Below, piece after piece: positions 31,088 through 41,664 of a DNA stretch of 64,000 bases. Source of the DNA: Bdellovibrionales bacterium (lineage in GTDB: Bacteria; Bdellovibrionota; Bdellovibrionia; Bdellovibrionales; UBA1609); NCBI GenBank assembly GCA_041690295.1, contig JAWLHR010000005.1:64001-128000 (forward strand), in the 5' to 3' direction. Positions within the stretch are counted from its first letter, which is position 1. The number at the start of each line of letters is the position of its first letter. A program made the translations under genes and the position numbers. The notes under the pieces are model-generated. The model did not search any database. It saw nothing but the letters and a program-made list of their open reading frames with translations, and was not told where the DNA came from.

Positions 31088-31477
31088 CTATTTGTATTCG
31101 GAACAATAGCGGTAACGGTAGGAACCGCTTAACCTTCCGTACCGGCAGGTGCGGATTTCGGATTGGCAACGTTGCCCGCCATACTCGGCCGGATTCAGAT
31201 AGGCCGTGATCGACTGGCCGTTGTAAAGGTAGCCGAATTCGGTGGTGTCGCAGCCGTAGTCCTCATAACAGTTCCGGTAGCGGTAATACCCCGAGAGATG
31301 ACCATTGCGGCACCGGCGGTACTGGTATTCGCACCGGTTTCCATTGGTGGCTCTGGGCTCGCGATAGGCGATGACGTCATCACCGTCGCGAACGATTCCA
31401 CCCCATGGAGCATGACAGTCCCGGGCGGAAGCCATATGCGAAAACGCTATTAAGAAGGCCGTGATGATCAATTTCAT
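31088..31477 (-). CDS. Small secreted Cys-rich protein with two ~52-aa repeats
   Basis: Signal peptide ASA-R; repeat C..(WG/FG)..G..(V/I).AY..C..R.C..G.LSG.YRYR.C. Confidence 0.75.
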   Translation of the reverse strand: MKLIITAFLIAFSHMASARDCHAPWGGIVRDGDDVIAYREPRATNGNRCEYQYRRCRNGHLSGYYRYRNCYEDYGCDTTEFGYLYNGQSITAYLNPAEYGGQRCQSEIRTCRYGRLSGSYRYRYCSEYK

Positions 31478-31498
31478 TTGTCCCCCCATAGGTTGTGA

Positions 31499-32515
31499 TC
31501 AAATCGCCAATGTGTCTTCCATCCATCGAGTGACCGCTTGATCTGACCAACGGACTTCATCCCAAGTGGTGCCCCAACCCAAAAACCCGCAGTGGCCGCC
31601 TTTTTCGGTTACAAGAATATCAAGATGCGGGGCGTGCGGCATCTTATTTAAGCCCTGGGTGTCAACGATGGGATCATCCAACGATGAAAGGATGAGGGTG
31701 GGCACTTTGATCTCGGGGATATAGTGAATCGAGCTGCAGCGGCGATAATATTCTTCCGCGCATCGGAAACCAGCCCACGGGGCGGAATACATTTCATCAA
31801 AATCTCGAATGCTCATGTTCGGCGGAAACTTGGTCTTGGGAATTTCGGGAAAGAGATTCTCCATCAATCGAACATCCGCCTTCAGGTATTTCAGAAAAAC
31901 ATTGGCGAAGAGCCGGTTTGATTTTTCACTCAATCGGGCGGTGGCTTGCGCCAGATCCAGTGGGGGAGACACGGCCACCACGCTGTCGAGATTACCGCTC
32001 GGCCGTGATCCATCTTCACCGGCCATTTTCAATGTGATGTTACCACCCAATGAGAATCCGATCTGCGTCACGGGGGATGTGGGATAAAGACGTTTGATCC
32101 ACTCCAGAACGTAACGGGTGTCCTCACTGACTCCCGCATGATAGGGCCTGCGGGCCAGTCCTTTCCCCGGACCGCAAAATCTGAGGTTCAAACGCAAAAC
32201 CATATAGCCTTTTTTATAAAGGCGCCGACACATGCGTTGCATGTAAGTGGATTCGTAGCTTCCGGTGGTTCCGTGAACCAAAAGCATAATGCGCTTGCCG
32301 GGGTGCCAATTCTTAGGCCGGTTTTCCGCCACCACGAGCACATCGTTATCGGGAAGAATCAGATGGTGAAAGTGATCCGGGCGGGATGGTTTTAAGATCG
32401 GCCAGTAAAATCCGAGCACGGTTTGCAGATAACCATTGGGTGCGAATGGAAACGGACAGAATTTATTGAGTTTTAATTTTTTAAGAACGCGCTCGACCCG
32501 ATCCTCGACGCCCAC
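31499..32515 (-). CDS. YheT-like alpha/beta hydrolase
   Basis: GFSLGG nucleophile elbow, DDPIV and GGHCGF. Confidence 0.9.
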   Translation of the reverse strand: MGVEDRVERVLKKLKLNKFCPFPFAPNGYLQTVLGFYWPILKPSRPDHFHHLILPDNDVLVVAENRPKNWHPGKRIMLLVHGTTGSYESTYMQRMCRRLYKKGYMVLRLNLRFCGPGKGLARRPYHAGVSEDTRYVLEWIKRLYPTSPVTQIGFSLGGNITLKMAGEDGSRPSGNLDSVVAVSPPLDLAQATARLSEKSNRLFANVFLKYLKADVRLMENLFPEIPKTKFPPNMSIRDFDEMYSAPWAGFRCAEEYYRRCSSIHYIPEIKVPTLILSSLDDPIVDTQGLNKMPHAPHLDILVTEKGGHCGFLGWGTTWDEVRWSDQAVTRWMEDTLAI

Positions 32516-32624
32516 GAAGATGCCCCCGAATTTCCCCTCGCGCGGCCGCTAAGCCGCCTGCAATGTACGATTTTTCCCGGGTTAATTATAAACGTAAAGT
32601 CAAGAATTGAGCAAAGTCTTATCG

Positions 32625-33506
32625 TCAGATTTCGAGTCGCGAAAGCCGGGCAACCGGCTCTACCGGCTCAAACCGGCCCGACGCATTCTTAATCAAACGA
32701 CTGGCCGCGATCTCGGGATCGTGGGTGTAAAATAAAAGCCACTGTTCCTTTTCGACCCGGCCGTAAACCGTGGCTTTTTCGTCGATCAGCTTTTCTGGAA
32801 ACCGGTCATATCCCATGGTGATGGGAAGATGCACCCAGGCCCGTCCAGGGATCAGGTCGCCGCAAAAAAAGACCTTTCCTTTGTCTCCCTTGAATAAAGT
32901 ATGGAGCTGTCCGGGGGTGTGACCCTCGGATTCAATAAATTCAATGCGCTCCCGCAGCACTTCGGGCAAAGGGTCCCGCGGCCAGAGGACCAGGCGGCCG
33001 GAGGCTTGTAAAAGTTCGGTAAGTTCCGGAATGAATGAAGCGCGATCCCGGGGGTGGGGGTGAAGGGCGCGCTCCCAAGCTTTCTCGCCGACAATGAATT
33101 TGGCTTTGGGAAAAACCAGTTTCAGGCCATTCGTCTGGCGCTCCTGGTAGGTCGGAAGCAATCCACCGGCGTGATCAAAGTGAAGATGGGAGAGTACGAC
33201 GAAATCGAGGTCTTCCGGTTGCACTCCGGCTTCCCGTAAGTTTTCGAGGAGAAGGTGCCGCTCGGGGGATTGCACTCCGTATCGGTCGGCCAGCTTTGGT
33301 TCAAAGAAAGCGCCGATGCCGGTTTCACAAAGCAATTTAACGCCATCGAATTCAATTAAAAGTGTGCGGCAGGCGAGAGGAATCCGGCCCAGGGAATCGG
33401 GCGCGATCCATTTTTCCCAAACCGGGCGGGGCGCGTTGCCGAACATCGCGCCGCCGTCGAGAAGTTGCCGGTTACCTTCAATTGAAGTGAGATAGGCGGG
33501 TTTCAT
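32625..33506 (-). CDS. MBL-fold metallo-hydrolase (YtnP-like)
   Basis: LDGGAMFG, HLHFDHAGG, GHTPG and MGYD. Confidence 0.92.
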   Translation of the reverse strand: MKPAYLTSIEGNRQLLDGGAMFGNAPRPVWEKWIAPDSLGRIPLACRTLLIEFDGVKLLCETGIGAFFEPKLADRYGVQSPERHLLLENLREAGVQPEDLDFVVLSHLHFDHAGGLLPTYQERQTNGLKLVFPKAKFIVGEKAWERALHPHPRDRASFIPELTELLQASGRLVLWPRDPLPEVLRERIEFIESEGHTPGQLHTLFKGDKGKVFFCGDLIPGRAWVHLPITMGYDRFPEKLIDEKATVYGRVEKEQWLLFYTHDPEIAASRLIKNASGRFEPVEPVARLSRLEI

Positions 33507-34510
33507 AAATCCTTCCGAATTTGCACGAGAATGCGGCCTTGAACTCGCCGGTGTATGATATCTTCAAGGGCCAGCAGTAAATCCTTAAGTTCCACCACGC
33601 GAGAAAGCGTGTCTTCCAAATGGCGCGGCCGCCAGGGGCCGGCCAAGCGCTGCCAGAGGCTGATGCGCAGTTCGCGGGGACAATTATTGGAGCTGATTCC
33701 CAAAAGACTCACGCCACGCAAGATGAACGGCATGACCGTGGCGTTAAGTTCCGCGCTTTCCGCCAGCCCGATGCTGCACACATTTCCCCAAAGCTGAATG
33801 TGGGCCAGAAGCTGGGAAAGCATTCGTCCACCGACATTATCAATCGCGCCGCCGAAGCGAACACTTTCCAAGGGCCGCGATCCCAATTCCAACTGTCCGG
33901 GAGGAATCACTTGGGTGGCGCCAAGCTTTTTCAAATAACCAAGGGACTCATGCTTACCGCTCACGGCATGAACTTCAAAACCTTCCTGGGAAAGAAGTTG
34001 TACGGCGAAGCTTCCCACGCCGCCGCTGGCGCCGGTGACGAGCATGGGGCCAAGTTCCGGTCGCTGATGATTCTCAAGCAACCGATGGAGGGCGAGTGCG
34101 GCCGTAAATCCCGCGGTTCCGAGAATCATGGCCTCACGTAAACTCAATGACTCAGGCAAAGGGACGACCGAATCGCCTTGGACGCGAAGAATCTCAGCGT
34201 ATCCGCCGTCATAGTATTCACTTAATCCGCATCCGGTCACGATCACCTTTTGACCTGGAGTGAAACGCGCGTCCGAGGATTCAAGCACCACACCTGAAGC
34301 ATCGATTCCGCCATTCAGGGGAAAGCGTTTTAAAATCGGCCCGCGCCCGGTGGCGGCGAGCGCGTCTTTGTAGTTGGCGGAAGAATAGTGGACCTCAATG
34401 ACCACTTCGCCCGGCGTGATGTCATCCACCGTCATCTGTTGCAATTTCGCGTAAGGCGCGCCTTTTCCGCTCTCGGGCTTGTGAATGCGAAGGGCCCAGA
34501 ACGGTTTCAT
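33503..34510 (-). CDS. YhdH/AcuI family NADPH quinone/acryloyl-CoA reductase
   Basis: NYKDALA, GTAGFTAAL, VTGASGGVGS and PFILRGVSLLG. Confidence 0.92.
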   Translation of the reverse strand: MKPFWALRIHKPESGKGAPYAKLQQMTVDDITPGEVVIEVHYSSANYKDALAATGRGPILKRFPLNGGIDASGVVLESSDARFTPGQKVIVTGCGLSEYYDGGYAEILRVQGDSVVPLPESLSLREAMILGTAGFTAALALHRLLENHQRPELGPMLVTGASGGVGSFAVQLLSQEGFEVHAVSGKHESLGYLKKLGATQVIPPGQLELGSRPLESVRFGGAIDNVGGRMLSQLLAHIQLWGNVCSIGLAESAELNATVMPFILRGVSLLGISSNNCPRELRISLWQRLAGPWRPRHLEDTLSRVVELKDLLLALEDIIHRRVQGRILVQIRKDL

Positions 34511-34989
34511 TTCAGCTCCTTTCGCAAGTGAGCGAGAAGTTCACCGCAAGCGTCCTCAAGAAGATCCAGCACGAGGTCAAAACCATCGGCCTCGCGGTAA
34601 TAAGGGTCGGGCACTTCAGTGACTTTGTGAATCCGGCAAAAGCTGGTCAGCGGTTTCACTTTATGATGGTGTTCGCGCTTCGTATCCAGATTCAGCACGG
34701 TTTTGAAATTCGAGTTGTCCATGGTGAGGATGTAGTCGAAACGCAAAAAATCCTCTGGGTGAGTGAATTGCCGCGCTTCCAAATCACGAAGATCATAGCC
34801 CCGCAGTCCCGCGTGATGGATCATGCGGGCGTCCGGAGGTTCTCCCACATGCCAACCGCCGGTCCCCGCCGAATCGACATGGATGCGATCGATGAGCCCC
34901 GCTTCTTTCACCATATGGCGAAAAATACCTTCGGCGGCCGGTGAGCGACAGATGTTACCTAAACAGACGAATAAAACTTTCTTGGTCAC
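34507..34989 (-). CDS. Low molecular weight protein-tyrosine phosphatase
   Basis: [16 protein letters not shown] and VPDPYY. Confidence 0.95.
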   Translation of the reverse strand: MTKKVLFVCLGNICRSPAAEGIFRHMVKEAGLIDRIHVDSAGTGGWHVGEPPDARMIHHAGLRGYDLRDLEARQFTHPEDFLRFDYILTMDNSNFKTVLNLDTKREHHHKVKPLTSFCRIHKVTEVPDPYYREADGFDLVLDLLEDACGELLAHLRKELK

Positions 34990-35396
34990 TTTTTATCCTG
35001 TTCTTCAAAGTTCAAAGCCGCCGAGTTGATGCAATATCTCTTTCCCGTGGGCTCCGGTCCGTCATCAAACACATGTCCCAAATGGGCGCCGCAGGTTTTG
35101 CACAGGACTTCGGTTCGTGTCCTGAACCAGGAGCGATCGGTTTTGTACTCGATGGGATCTTCGCTTTTGTCGCCGAGCGGCTTATAAAAACTCGGCCAAC
35201 CCGTACCGGATTCATATTTGGTTTCGGATTCGAAAAGTGGCGTGCCGCAACAAACGCATTTGTAGATTCCGGAGCGATGGTTGTCCCAATACTCACCCGT
35301 GAAAGCGCGCTCCGTGGCGCCTTCGCGGGTCACGCGATATTGCATGGGTGTCAATCGCTCACGCCAAAACGAATTCGGTTGGTTACGCCAATTCAT
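34986..35396 (-). CDS. msrB: Peptide-methionine (R)-S-oxide reductase
   Basis: [25 protein letters not shown] and RYCINS. Confidence 0.96.
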   Translation of the reverse strand: MNWRNQPNSFWRERLTPMQYRVTREGATERAFTGEYWDNHRSGIYKCVCCGTPLFESETKYESGTGWPSFYKPLGDKSEDPIEYKTDRSWFRTRTEVLCKTCGAHLGHVFDDGPEPTGKRYCINSAALNFEEQDKK

Positions 35397-35453
35397 GTCG
35401 GCTAATGTAGGCCGATCACCGCGATTCAGCAAGACCCAGAAAAGGGAGGAGTT

Positions 35454-35996
35454 GTGGATTTTCGAGAACTCGTGAAATCGAGACGCACAGTGCATAATTA
35501 CCAGACGCGAACAGTTCCCGATGAATTGGTGGAAGAAGCTCTGCGATTAAGTCTTTGGGCGCCGAATCACCGTCTCACATTTCCCTGGGTTTATACTTTG
35601 GTGACTCGTGAAACACGCGAAAAATTGGCGGATCTCGCGGTGGAACTTAAAAAACCCGAGACGGAGATCAAAATCAAAGCCACACGTGACACCATTCTCA
35701 ACCCCAGTCATTTGCTCAGCCTCGGTTTGAAAAAGTCGCCGAAACCTCAAGTCCAACATGAGGACTTCGCGACTCTGGCGTGCAGTGTACAAATCATTTC
35801 ACTTTTTCTTTGGCAGCATGGAATTGGCACCAAGTGGAGCTCGGGTGGTTATTCGACCCATCCAAAAACGTACGAGATCTTGGGGCTCAACCCGGAAGAA
35901 GTGACGCTGGAAGGGTGCTTGATGATCGGTCATCCCGCGTTTGTTCCACATGTGCCGGAACGCCCTGACGCCAGTCAGTTCATCCGCCGGGTTTAA
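35454..35996 (+). CDS. Nitroreductase family protein (YdjA-like)
   Basis: [16 protein letters not shown] and GIGTKWSSG. Confidence 0.88.
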   Translation: MDFRELVKSRRTVHNYQTRTVPDELVEEALRLSLWAPNHRLTFPWVYTLVTRETREKLADLAVELKKPETEIKIKATRDTILNPSHLLSLGLKKSPKPQVQHEDFATLACSVQIISLFLWQHGIGTKWSSGGYSTHPKTYEILGLNPEEVTLEGCLMIGHPAFVPHVPERPDASQFIRRV

Positions 35997-36031
35997 TTTT
36001 GAGGGCGGATCACCCGCCACGTCCTAAAGGT

Positions 36032-37159
36032 TTACATGATATCGTAGGTGAAATGCCTCGGCTGCTCGGGAGCGATTTCTAGGTCAAAATAAACTCGACC
36101 GATTTCACGCTGGTCTATGGTTTCAATCTGAACTTTCCAACTGCCGGGCAGGTAATTGCTTTTCACGCCATAGCCGCGAAAGCCTTCTTCGCGACCGCCG
36201 TGGATCTTGATGGGAATTGAATCCTGAAGCAGCCAGCCTTTCTGATTATCTTTCCAATACCACTTGATGAGCACTTGATCGGAAAAACGAGTCGGCGAGA
36301 AGATCCGGAAGAAGACATACACCTTGTCGGACTTTTGCGCGAGAAACTGCTGGTCACCGTTATGCCAGAATTTCCACCAGGGCCGCTCGTGGGCCAGCTT
36401 GTATTGCCCGTTTTCTTTTTCAACCGAATGGTAAACCCCGATGTAAGGGATCGAAAGGGGAACCGGAGGAATCAGTCTCAGTCCGTAAAGAGTACAGTAG
36501 CCGATTAAAACCAACCCGAGCGGAAGCAAAATCTGGGACTTGGCTTTTTCAAAAGCGTGCGAGGCGAAGTTCTGAATCCACCAGCTCACCGCCAGAAGAG
36601 GTAAGGATCCCACCACCATCGAGAAAAGAAACACCAGAAAGCCCAATCGTCCGATGAAGGTGGGGACGATGAACGAAAAGAACGAGAGCAGGCAGAGGCT
36701 CAAAAGGCCGAACTTAAATGGAAGGCCAAGCGATTTGAACCGGGCCGTTTCATTGGCCACCAGGATGAAAATCAAAAATAGCAAGAAGCCAAAGGACACC
36801 AAAAGCGACGAACTTTTGAAAAAGAAAATGGCGTAAAGGTTTAAAAGGTTTCCGAAGAAAAAGTGAACCGCGGCCGTTCGGTAGTCGTAGTACCATCGTT
36901 TGAGAACGAACATGTTGGATGTGTCACGCGGCGGACGCAATTCCTCGAAAAACATCTGCAGCAAGGCCGCCATGATCAGGACCAGGTAGACAATTTGCTG
37001 CCCGATGGTGACCCAGGAATCGATTCGATCCAGCGTGATCAGATCGAAAAGAAATCCGCCGATGAAAAAAGCGATGGCCAAACGCTGTTCATTACGGTCG
37101 TAATAATCGCGAATATGGCTCAGGCGGGGTTTCAACGCTGCGGATTCTAAAGATGACAT
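36032..37159 (-). CDS. Membrane protein with C-terminal DUF2914-like domain
   Basis: TM-rich N-terminus; IPPVPLS; GGREEGFRGYGVK and PGSWKVQIET. Confidence 0.8.
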   Translation of the reverse strand: MSSLESAALKPRLSHIRDYYDRNEQRLAIAFFIGGFLFDLITLDRIDSWVTIGQQIVYLVLIMAALLQMFFEELRPPRDTSNMFVLKRWYYDYRTAAVHFFFGNLLNLYAIFFFKSSSLLVSFGFLLFLIFILVANETARFKSLGLPFKFGLLSLCLLSFFSFIVPTFIGRLGFLVFLFSMVVGSLPLLAVSWWIQNFASHAFEKAKSQILLPLGLVLIGYCTLYGLRLIPPVPLSIPYIGVYHSVEKENGQYKLAHERPWWKFWHNGDQQFLAQKSDKVYVFFRIFSPTRFSDQVLIKWYWKDNQKGWLLQDSIPIKIHGGREEGFRGYGVKSNYLPGSWKVQIETIDQREIGRVYFDLEIAPEQPRHFTYDIM

Positions 37160-37183
37160 AACCTGTTACTTATCGGTCCAAAT

Positions 37184-37381
37184 TTATTTTTTTAGCGAGC
37201 GGCGCCGTATTTCTGGGCCTAAAAATCCCCTATAGGCCAGCCTCCAATAAACCATCAATAATCCGCACAGAATTAACAAAACGGCTGGCATTCGTCCGAA
37301 TCGGACCATCTCAATTTGGAACGCTTGATAGCCGAACCAAATGCAGAGAAACGGCTTGAGTTCGTAGAACACCTTTTCCAT
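37184..37381 (-). CDS. Small membrane protein
   Basis: GGGGA RBS; hydrophobic segments. Confidence 0.5.
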   Translation of the reverse strand: MEKVFYELKPFLCIWFGYQAFQIEMVRFGRMPAVLLILCGLLMVYWRLAYRGFLGPEIRRRSLKK

Positions 37382-37497
37382 CGCATCCCCCAATGGATTC
37401 TTACTTCCTCACGTGCCGCTAGATCATTATAGGAATTGTTTCATCTTGGCGCTAGAAAAATTGAGACAAGGCCTTGGGCGCGGATTATATTGAGACA

Positions 37498-38148
37498 ATG
37501 AAAGTCGGTCAGTTGGAATGCAGAAGGCGTGAGGGCGAAAACGCCCGTCAGTTGGTGGTGCTTCTCCACGGTTTCGGCGCGGATGCAAGCGACCTTGCCC
37601 CACTGGCGGATCTTTTGGATCCGGATCAGAGGTGGAGTTTTTATTTTCCCGAAGCTCCTCTTGAAGTTCCCATCGGCCCGATGTGGACGGGTCGCGGCTG
37701 GTTCCCGATTTCTTTACGTGAGTTGGAAACGGGAGTGGATTTCACGAAAATCCGCCCGCCCGGTTTGGATCTTTCGCGCAAGCTGGTCAGCGAAATGATT
37801 TTTCACCTCAATCCTGAAAAACTCGTCATCGGCGGATTCAGTCAAGGCGCGATGGTGGCCACCGATTTCGCCATGTATGAGCCTGATGCGGTGACCGGTT
37901 TGATTCTTTATTCCGGTGTTTTTTTGGATCAGGACAATTGGACGCAGAGAGCGCAAGGATTGAAAGGTAAACGGTATGTGCAAAGCCACGGCACCGCGGA
38001 CGCGGTTCTGCCGTTCAATGCCGGCCTTCGACTTCATGAGCTTTTGCAAAAAGCGGGTGCTCAAGGCCAGTTGATCTCATTTCCCGGTGGACATGAAATT
38101 CCCATGCCGGTGCTCAAGAAATCGCGCGAATTTCTCAGTTCGATTTAA
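37498..38148 (+). CDS. Phospholipase/carboxylesterase (alpha/beta hydrolase)
   Basis: LLHGFG, GFSQG, HGTADAVLP and GGHEI. Confidence 0.92.
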   Translation: MKVGQLECRRREGENARQLVVLLHGFGADASDLAPLADLLDPDQRWSFYFPEAPLEVPIGPMWTGRGWFPISLRELETGVDFTKIRPPGLDLSRKLVSEMIFHLNPEKLVIGGFSQGAMVATDFAMYEPDAVTGLILYSGVFLDQDNWTQRAQGLKGKRYVQSHGTADAVLPFNAGLRLHELLQKAGAQGQLISFPGGHEIPMPVLKKSREFLSSI

Positions 38149-38593
38149 TGGATTGCAGGAAATTTTTAATGCGTTTGTAATTGGCGCCCAGGTCGCTTTT
38201 TCCCATGCGCGATTTTGAACGCATGTGCACGGAGGACCCTTGCGCCTCGGGACGCACTTCAATCACCACGTCGTCTTTGAACTTGAGCATCGGCGTGGTG
38301 GCAATGGCCTCAAGTCGGAAATTCGCTTCATCCACGTCCAGCACTTCCCAATCCGGCATGACCGAGGCCGCCTCGATCACCCGTTTGAAAAACGCGGCCG
38401 GACCGAGAGAACTTTGAATCGGGGCTAAATCCGGGTAAAGCTTCATTTGGCGCTCGATCAATTTGTTGTTGTAGGTGAGGTCGCGACCCTTGTTGGCTTC
38501 CAAACGGGCCACGGTCACGAACACCGGCGGCCGATCCGGAGTGGTGGTGATGTCGTTGATGGGAAAGAGCAAAACCGCCAAGATTAAGGGCAT
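38135..38593 (-). CDS. DUF1499 family protein
   Basis: INDITT, FKDDVVIEV and RSKSRMGKSDLGANYKRI. Confidence 0.88.
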   Translation of the reverse strand: MPLILAVLLFPINDITTTPDRPPVFVTVARLEANKGRDLTYNNKLIERQMKLYPDLAPIQSSLGPAAFFKRVIEAASVMPDWEVLDVDEANFRLEAIATTPMLKFKDDVVIEVRPEAQGSSVHMRSKSRMGKSDLGANYKRIKNFLQSIKSN

Positions 38594-38871
38594 TCGTAAG
38601 CCAACCCGGTCACGCTGGTGCCATAAGAAGAATATTGTTTCACCACGACGTAATTGGCGCCCTTATTGGCCGCTTCACGTTTCAGATCTTCAAGAGCTTG
38701 TTCCTGCGTACCATGCACGGAGTTCGCCCGTCCCGAGAGCGTGCCCATTTCCTTACAGCCCTTCGGTTCGTCACGGCTGACTTTGACTTCTTTGACGTCC
38801 GGAAGAACCGAACGTGAGGCACAAGCCGATAAGAAAAATAACAAAGAGATCAGAAAAATCCGTTTATGCAT
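38584..38871 (-). CDS. Small lipoprotein (DUF4156-like)
   Basis: LSAC lipobox; C..LKREAANKGANYV...AYECP. Confidence 0.75.
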   Translation of the reverse strand: MHKRIFLISLLFFLSACASRSVLPDVKEVKVSRDEPKGCKEMGTLSGRANSVHGTQEQALEDLKREAANKGANYVVVKQYSSYGTSVTGLAYECP

Positions 38872-38883
38872 GTATTCCCCCTT

Positions 38884-40221
38884 TTAAGCCTTCCCAGCCA
38901 CATTCACATCACGAATCAGCAGGGACGGGCTCACGCAATCGCTGACCGGCACTAAAGAGTCGTTGCCGACCGCTTCGACGCGTTTAAATAGATCCAAAAT
39001 ATTTCCTGAAATTAAGAAGTCTTTCAACGCATGGTCCATTCGCCCATCGACATACATCAAGCCTTCAACCGGCAAAGAAAAATCGCCGGAGGCCGCGCGA
39101 AAACCGGCTCGCCCCAACAGGTCGGTGATAAGGATCACGTTCTTGTCCGCCGCTAACAGATCAGCGAGCGGTCGTTGACCAGGAGTCACGACAAGATTCG
39201 AAGGACTGACACTGAGGTCCGTCGAGGGTGAGCGCGAACCGTGAGCGGTGTGCGGCTCTTTCATGAGGCGCGCGTACACGGAGTTGGTGAGAAAACCCAT
39301 CAAGCGGCCGTTTTCGACCAGCGTGGTCTTTTTAGACGCGTAACCTTCGTCATCGAACGGACGCGAGGACTGTCCTTGGGCCAAAAACGGATCATCCACC
39401 ACGGTCAACACATCGGCGAAAATCTTTTGCCCTTTCTTGTCGGCCAAAGGCGATGTTTTTTCGTACACGGATTTGCCGCTGAAGTAAGACGACATTAAAC
39501 TTAAAAATTCTTCGGCCACGCGATTTTCGAACACAATCGTGTACTTTCCGTTGGACGGCCGCCGCGCGCCCAGGCGCTCAAGAGTTTTCTCCGCCGCGGA
39601 TTTCGCCAGCTTCTTGGCATCGAGGGCGTTGAAATCGCGGGAAAAGCTCACATCCCATGCCATCACCGAGCCCTCATTGTCATTGGCCAAACAGGCGACG
39701 TAGGTTGTGCAACCGTTGGTCTGGTATTGAGCGCGAAAGCCGCGCGTGTTGGCGATCGTGCGGCTCACTCTCCGGTCGGTGTACCGGCAGTAGGGCACAC
39801 TGATGATCCGCTGATCCGTATCGAGGGCCGTGGCTTCAAGTTCTTCGGCAAACTGGATTTTTTTGTCGGTGGGAACGGATTCCAGACCGGGATTGTAGAT
39901 GTCCGAAAGCTTGGGAGTTTCGATCTCGCCTTGGAGTTCAAGATCGAGTTCTTTCTGAATCATTTTGGCGTTGGCCGCGGCTTCCTCGATCATTTCGATC
40001 AAGCTTTCCGGATCCAAACTTTCGGAGTAAGCCACGCCTTCGTGGCGGCCGTTCACCACACGGACGCCCAATTGGCGCGATTCGGAGACTGAATACTGAT
40101 CCAGTTTGCGGGATTGAAACCCGATGGCGGTGGACGTGGCTTCAACCGCGGAAATTTCGGCCTGTAGACCCTTCTCGCGGGCCGCCTCTAAAGCTAAATC
40201 AATGGCGCGATCCAAGGTCAT
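38884..40221 (-). CDS. pmbA: PmbA/TldE family protein
   Basis: RPFDDEG, SGDFSL and ISGNILDLF; coupled to tldD. Confidence 0.88.
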   Translation of the reverse strand: MTLDRAIDLALEAAREKGLQAEISAVEATSTAIGFQSRKLDQYSVSESRQLGVRVVNGRHEGVAYSESLDPESLIEMIEEAAANAKMIQKELDLELQGEIETPKLSDIYNPGLESVPTDKKIQFAEELEATALDTDQRIISVPYCRYTDRRVSRTIANTRGFRAQYQTNGCTTYVACLANDNEGSVMAWDVSFSRDFNALDAKKLAKSAAEKTLERLGARRPSNGKYTIVFENRVAEEFLSLMSSYFSGKSVYEKTSPLADKKGQKIFADVLTVVDDPFLAQGQSSRPFDDEGYASKKTTLVENGRLMGFLTNSVYARLMKEPHTAHGSRSPSTDLSVSPSNLVVTPGQRPLADLLAADKNVILITDLLGRAGFRAASGDFSLPVEGLMYVDGRMDHALKDFLISGNILDLFKRVEAVGNDSLVPVSDCVSPSLLIRDVNVAGKA

Positions 40222-41597
40222 ACTTTGCCTCCGACGGTGAGTTTGGATACCAGGATGGGCGGTTGACCGACGGTGACCGGAATCATTCCGCTGACCGAGC
40301 CGCAAGTGCCGGCGGCGAGTTTCAACTCTTTGCCCACCTTCTTGATGCGGCCCAGAGTTTCAATTCCGGTTCCAATAAGACTTGCGCCCTTGACTTGCTT
40401 TTCGATTTTTCCGTTGCGAACGATGAACGCTTCATTCACCGCGAAGTTGTACGAACCCGTACCGGGCATCACCGATCCGCCGCCGAGATCTTTGGCGTAG
40501 AGGCCGTAATCGATGTCTTTGAGCATTTCCTCGAAAGTGGACTCTCCCGGAGCGATGAACGTGTTCCGCATACGTGACGTGGGAGCGAAGCGATAATCCT
40601 GGCGGCGTCCGCTGCCGGTGATTTTATATCCGGTTTTTCGCGCTCCGATTTTATCCACCAGGTAACTCTTTAAAATACCCTTTTCGATAAGGACCGTACG
40701 CTGAGTGGGCTCACCTTCATCGTCGATCTCAAGCGAACCGTAATCGCCCAGCAAGGTGCCGTCGTCGATGGCCGTGACACACTCGTCGGCGATTCGCTCA
40801 TCAAGTTTCCCGCAAAAAACGGAAGCGTTTTTGGCCACCGAGGTGGTTTCAAGTCCGTGTCCGCAGGCTTCATGAAAAATCACTCCGCCGAACGCGGAGT
40901 CAATCAGCACCGGCATTTCACCGGCCGGCGCCCATTCCGCGCGAAGAATTCTTAAGGCCTGTTCGGCGGCCCCTTGGCCTAAATCACGAAAATCCACCTG
41001 ATCCCAATCATCAGAGGTGCCAAGAAAGGCCGTTCTCTTATGACCGTTTTCCTTTTCGCCGCCATCTTCCGCATAGGCGAAAGCGATGGCACTCAGGTAA
41101 TTGCGAACCTCGGAGCGATTGATTCCTTCGGAATTCATGATCTGAACGGTCTTAACCGTCTCCGTCATGTCGGCCTGCACTTGCGTCACCAATGAGTTCA
41201 CGGCGCGGGCGGTTTCATCCACGAGCGCCAGTTGTTGCCAGTGAAAATCGCTATCGCGTGTGGTGAGTCCTTCGGGACGCGGGTTAAAAATTTGCGCCTG
41301 TTCCGGCGGCACCAAAGGAATTTTGGTTCGGCTTTTCAAAGCCGCCGCCGCGTTCTCGGCCGCCCGTCGCAAACCCTTTTCCGATAAATCATTGGTGTAG
41401 GTATAGATTTGCTCCGTGCCGGAGAAAATTCGAATTCCCGCGCCGAGAGTATGGCCGGAAACGGCGCGATCGGGGCGCGCGTTCAAGTAAGTGAACTGGC
41501 GCTTACGCGTGTCTTCAACGTAGACTTCGGCGAAGTCGGCGCCGGCGCCGATCAGCTGTTCTATGATTTTGCTGAGTAGATCGTCTTGGAGAAGCAT
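40218..41597 (-). CDS. tldD: TldD metalloprotease
   Basis: HEACGHGLE, DDEG, SRMRNTFI and GTCG. Confidence 0.93.
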   Translation of the reverse strand: MLLQDDLLSKIIEQLIGAGADFAEVYVEDTRKRQFTYLNARPDRAVSGHTLGAGIRIFSGTEQIYTYTNDLSEKGLRRAAENAAAALKSRTKIPLVPPEQAQIFNPRPEGLTTRDSDFHWQQLALVDETARAVNSLVTQVQADMTETVKTVQIMNSEGINRSEVRNYLSAIAFAYAEDGGEKENGHKRTAFLGTSDDWDQVDFRDLGQGAAEQALRILRAEWAPAGEMPVLIDSAFGGVIFHEACGHGLETTSVAKNASVFCGKLDERIADECVTAIDDGTLLGDYGSLEIDDEGEPTQRTVLIEKGILKSYLVDKIGARKTGYKITGSGRRQDYRFAPTSRMRNTFIAPGESTFEEMLKDIDYGLYAKDLGGGSVMPGTGSYNFAVNEAFIVRNGKIEKQVKGASLIGTGIETLGRIKKVGKELKLAAGTCGSVSGMIPVTVGQPPILVSKLTVGGKV

Positions 41598-41664
41598 GGA
41601 ATATGATCCTTCCTGAGGGCGCCATGGCGCATCTGGGAGGATCAGATTACTACCATGTGGTCCT

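Noticed and set aside
37170..37197. ACCGATAA upstream of the DUF2914 gene as a sigma28 promoter
   Set aside because: No -35 element at 15-bp spacing.
38884..41597. tldD/pmbA as part of a RiPP cluster
   Set aside because: No precursor peptide or modifying enzymes nearby; standard housekeeping pair.
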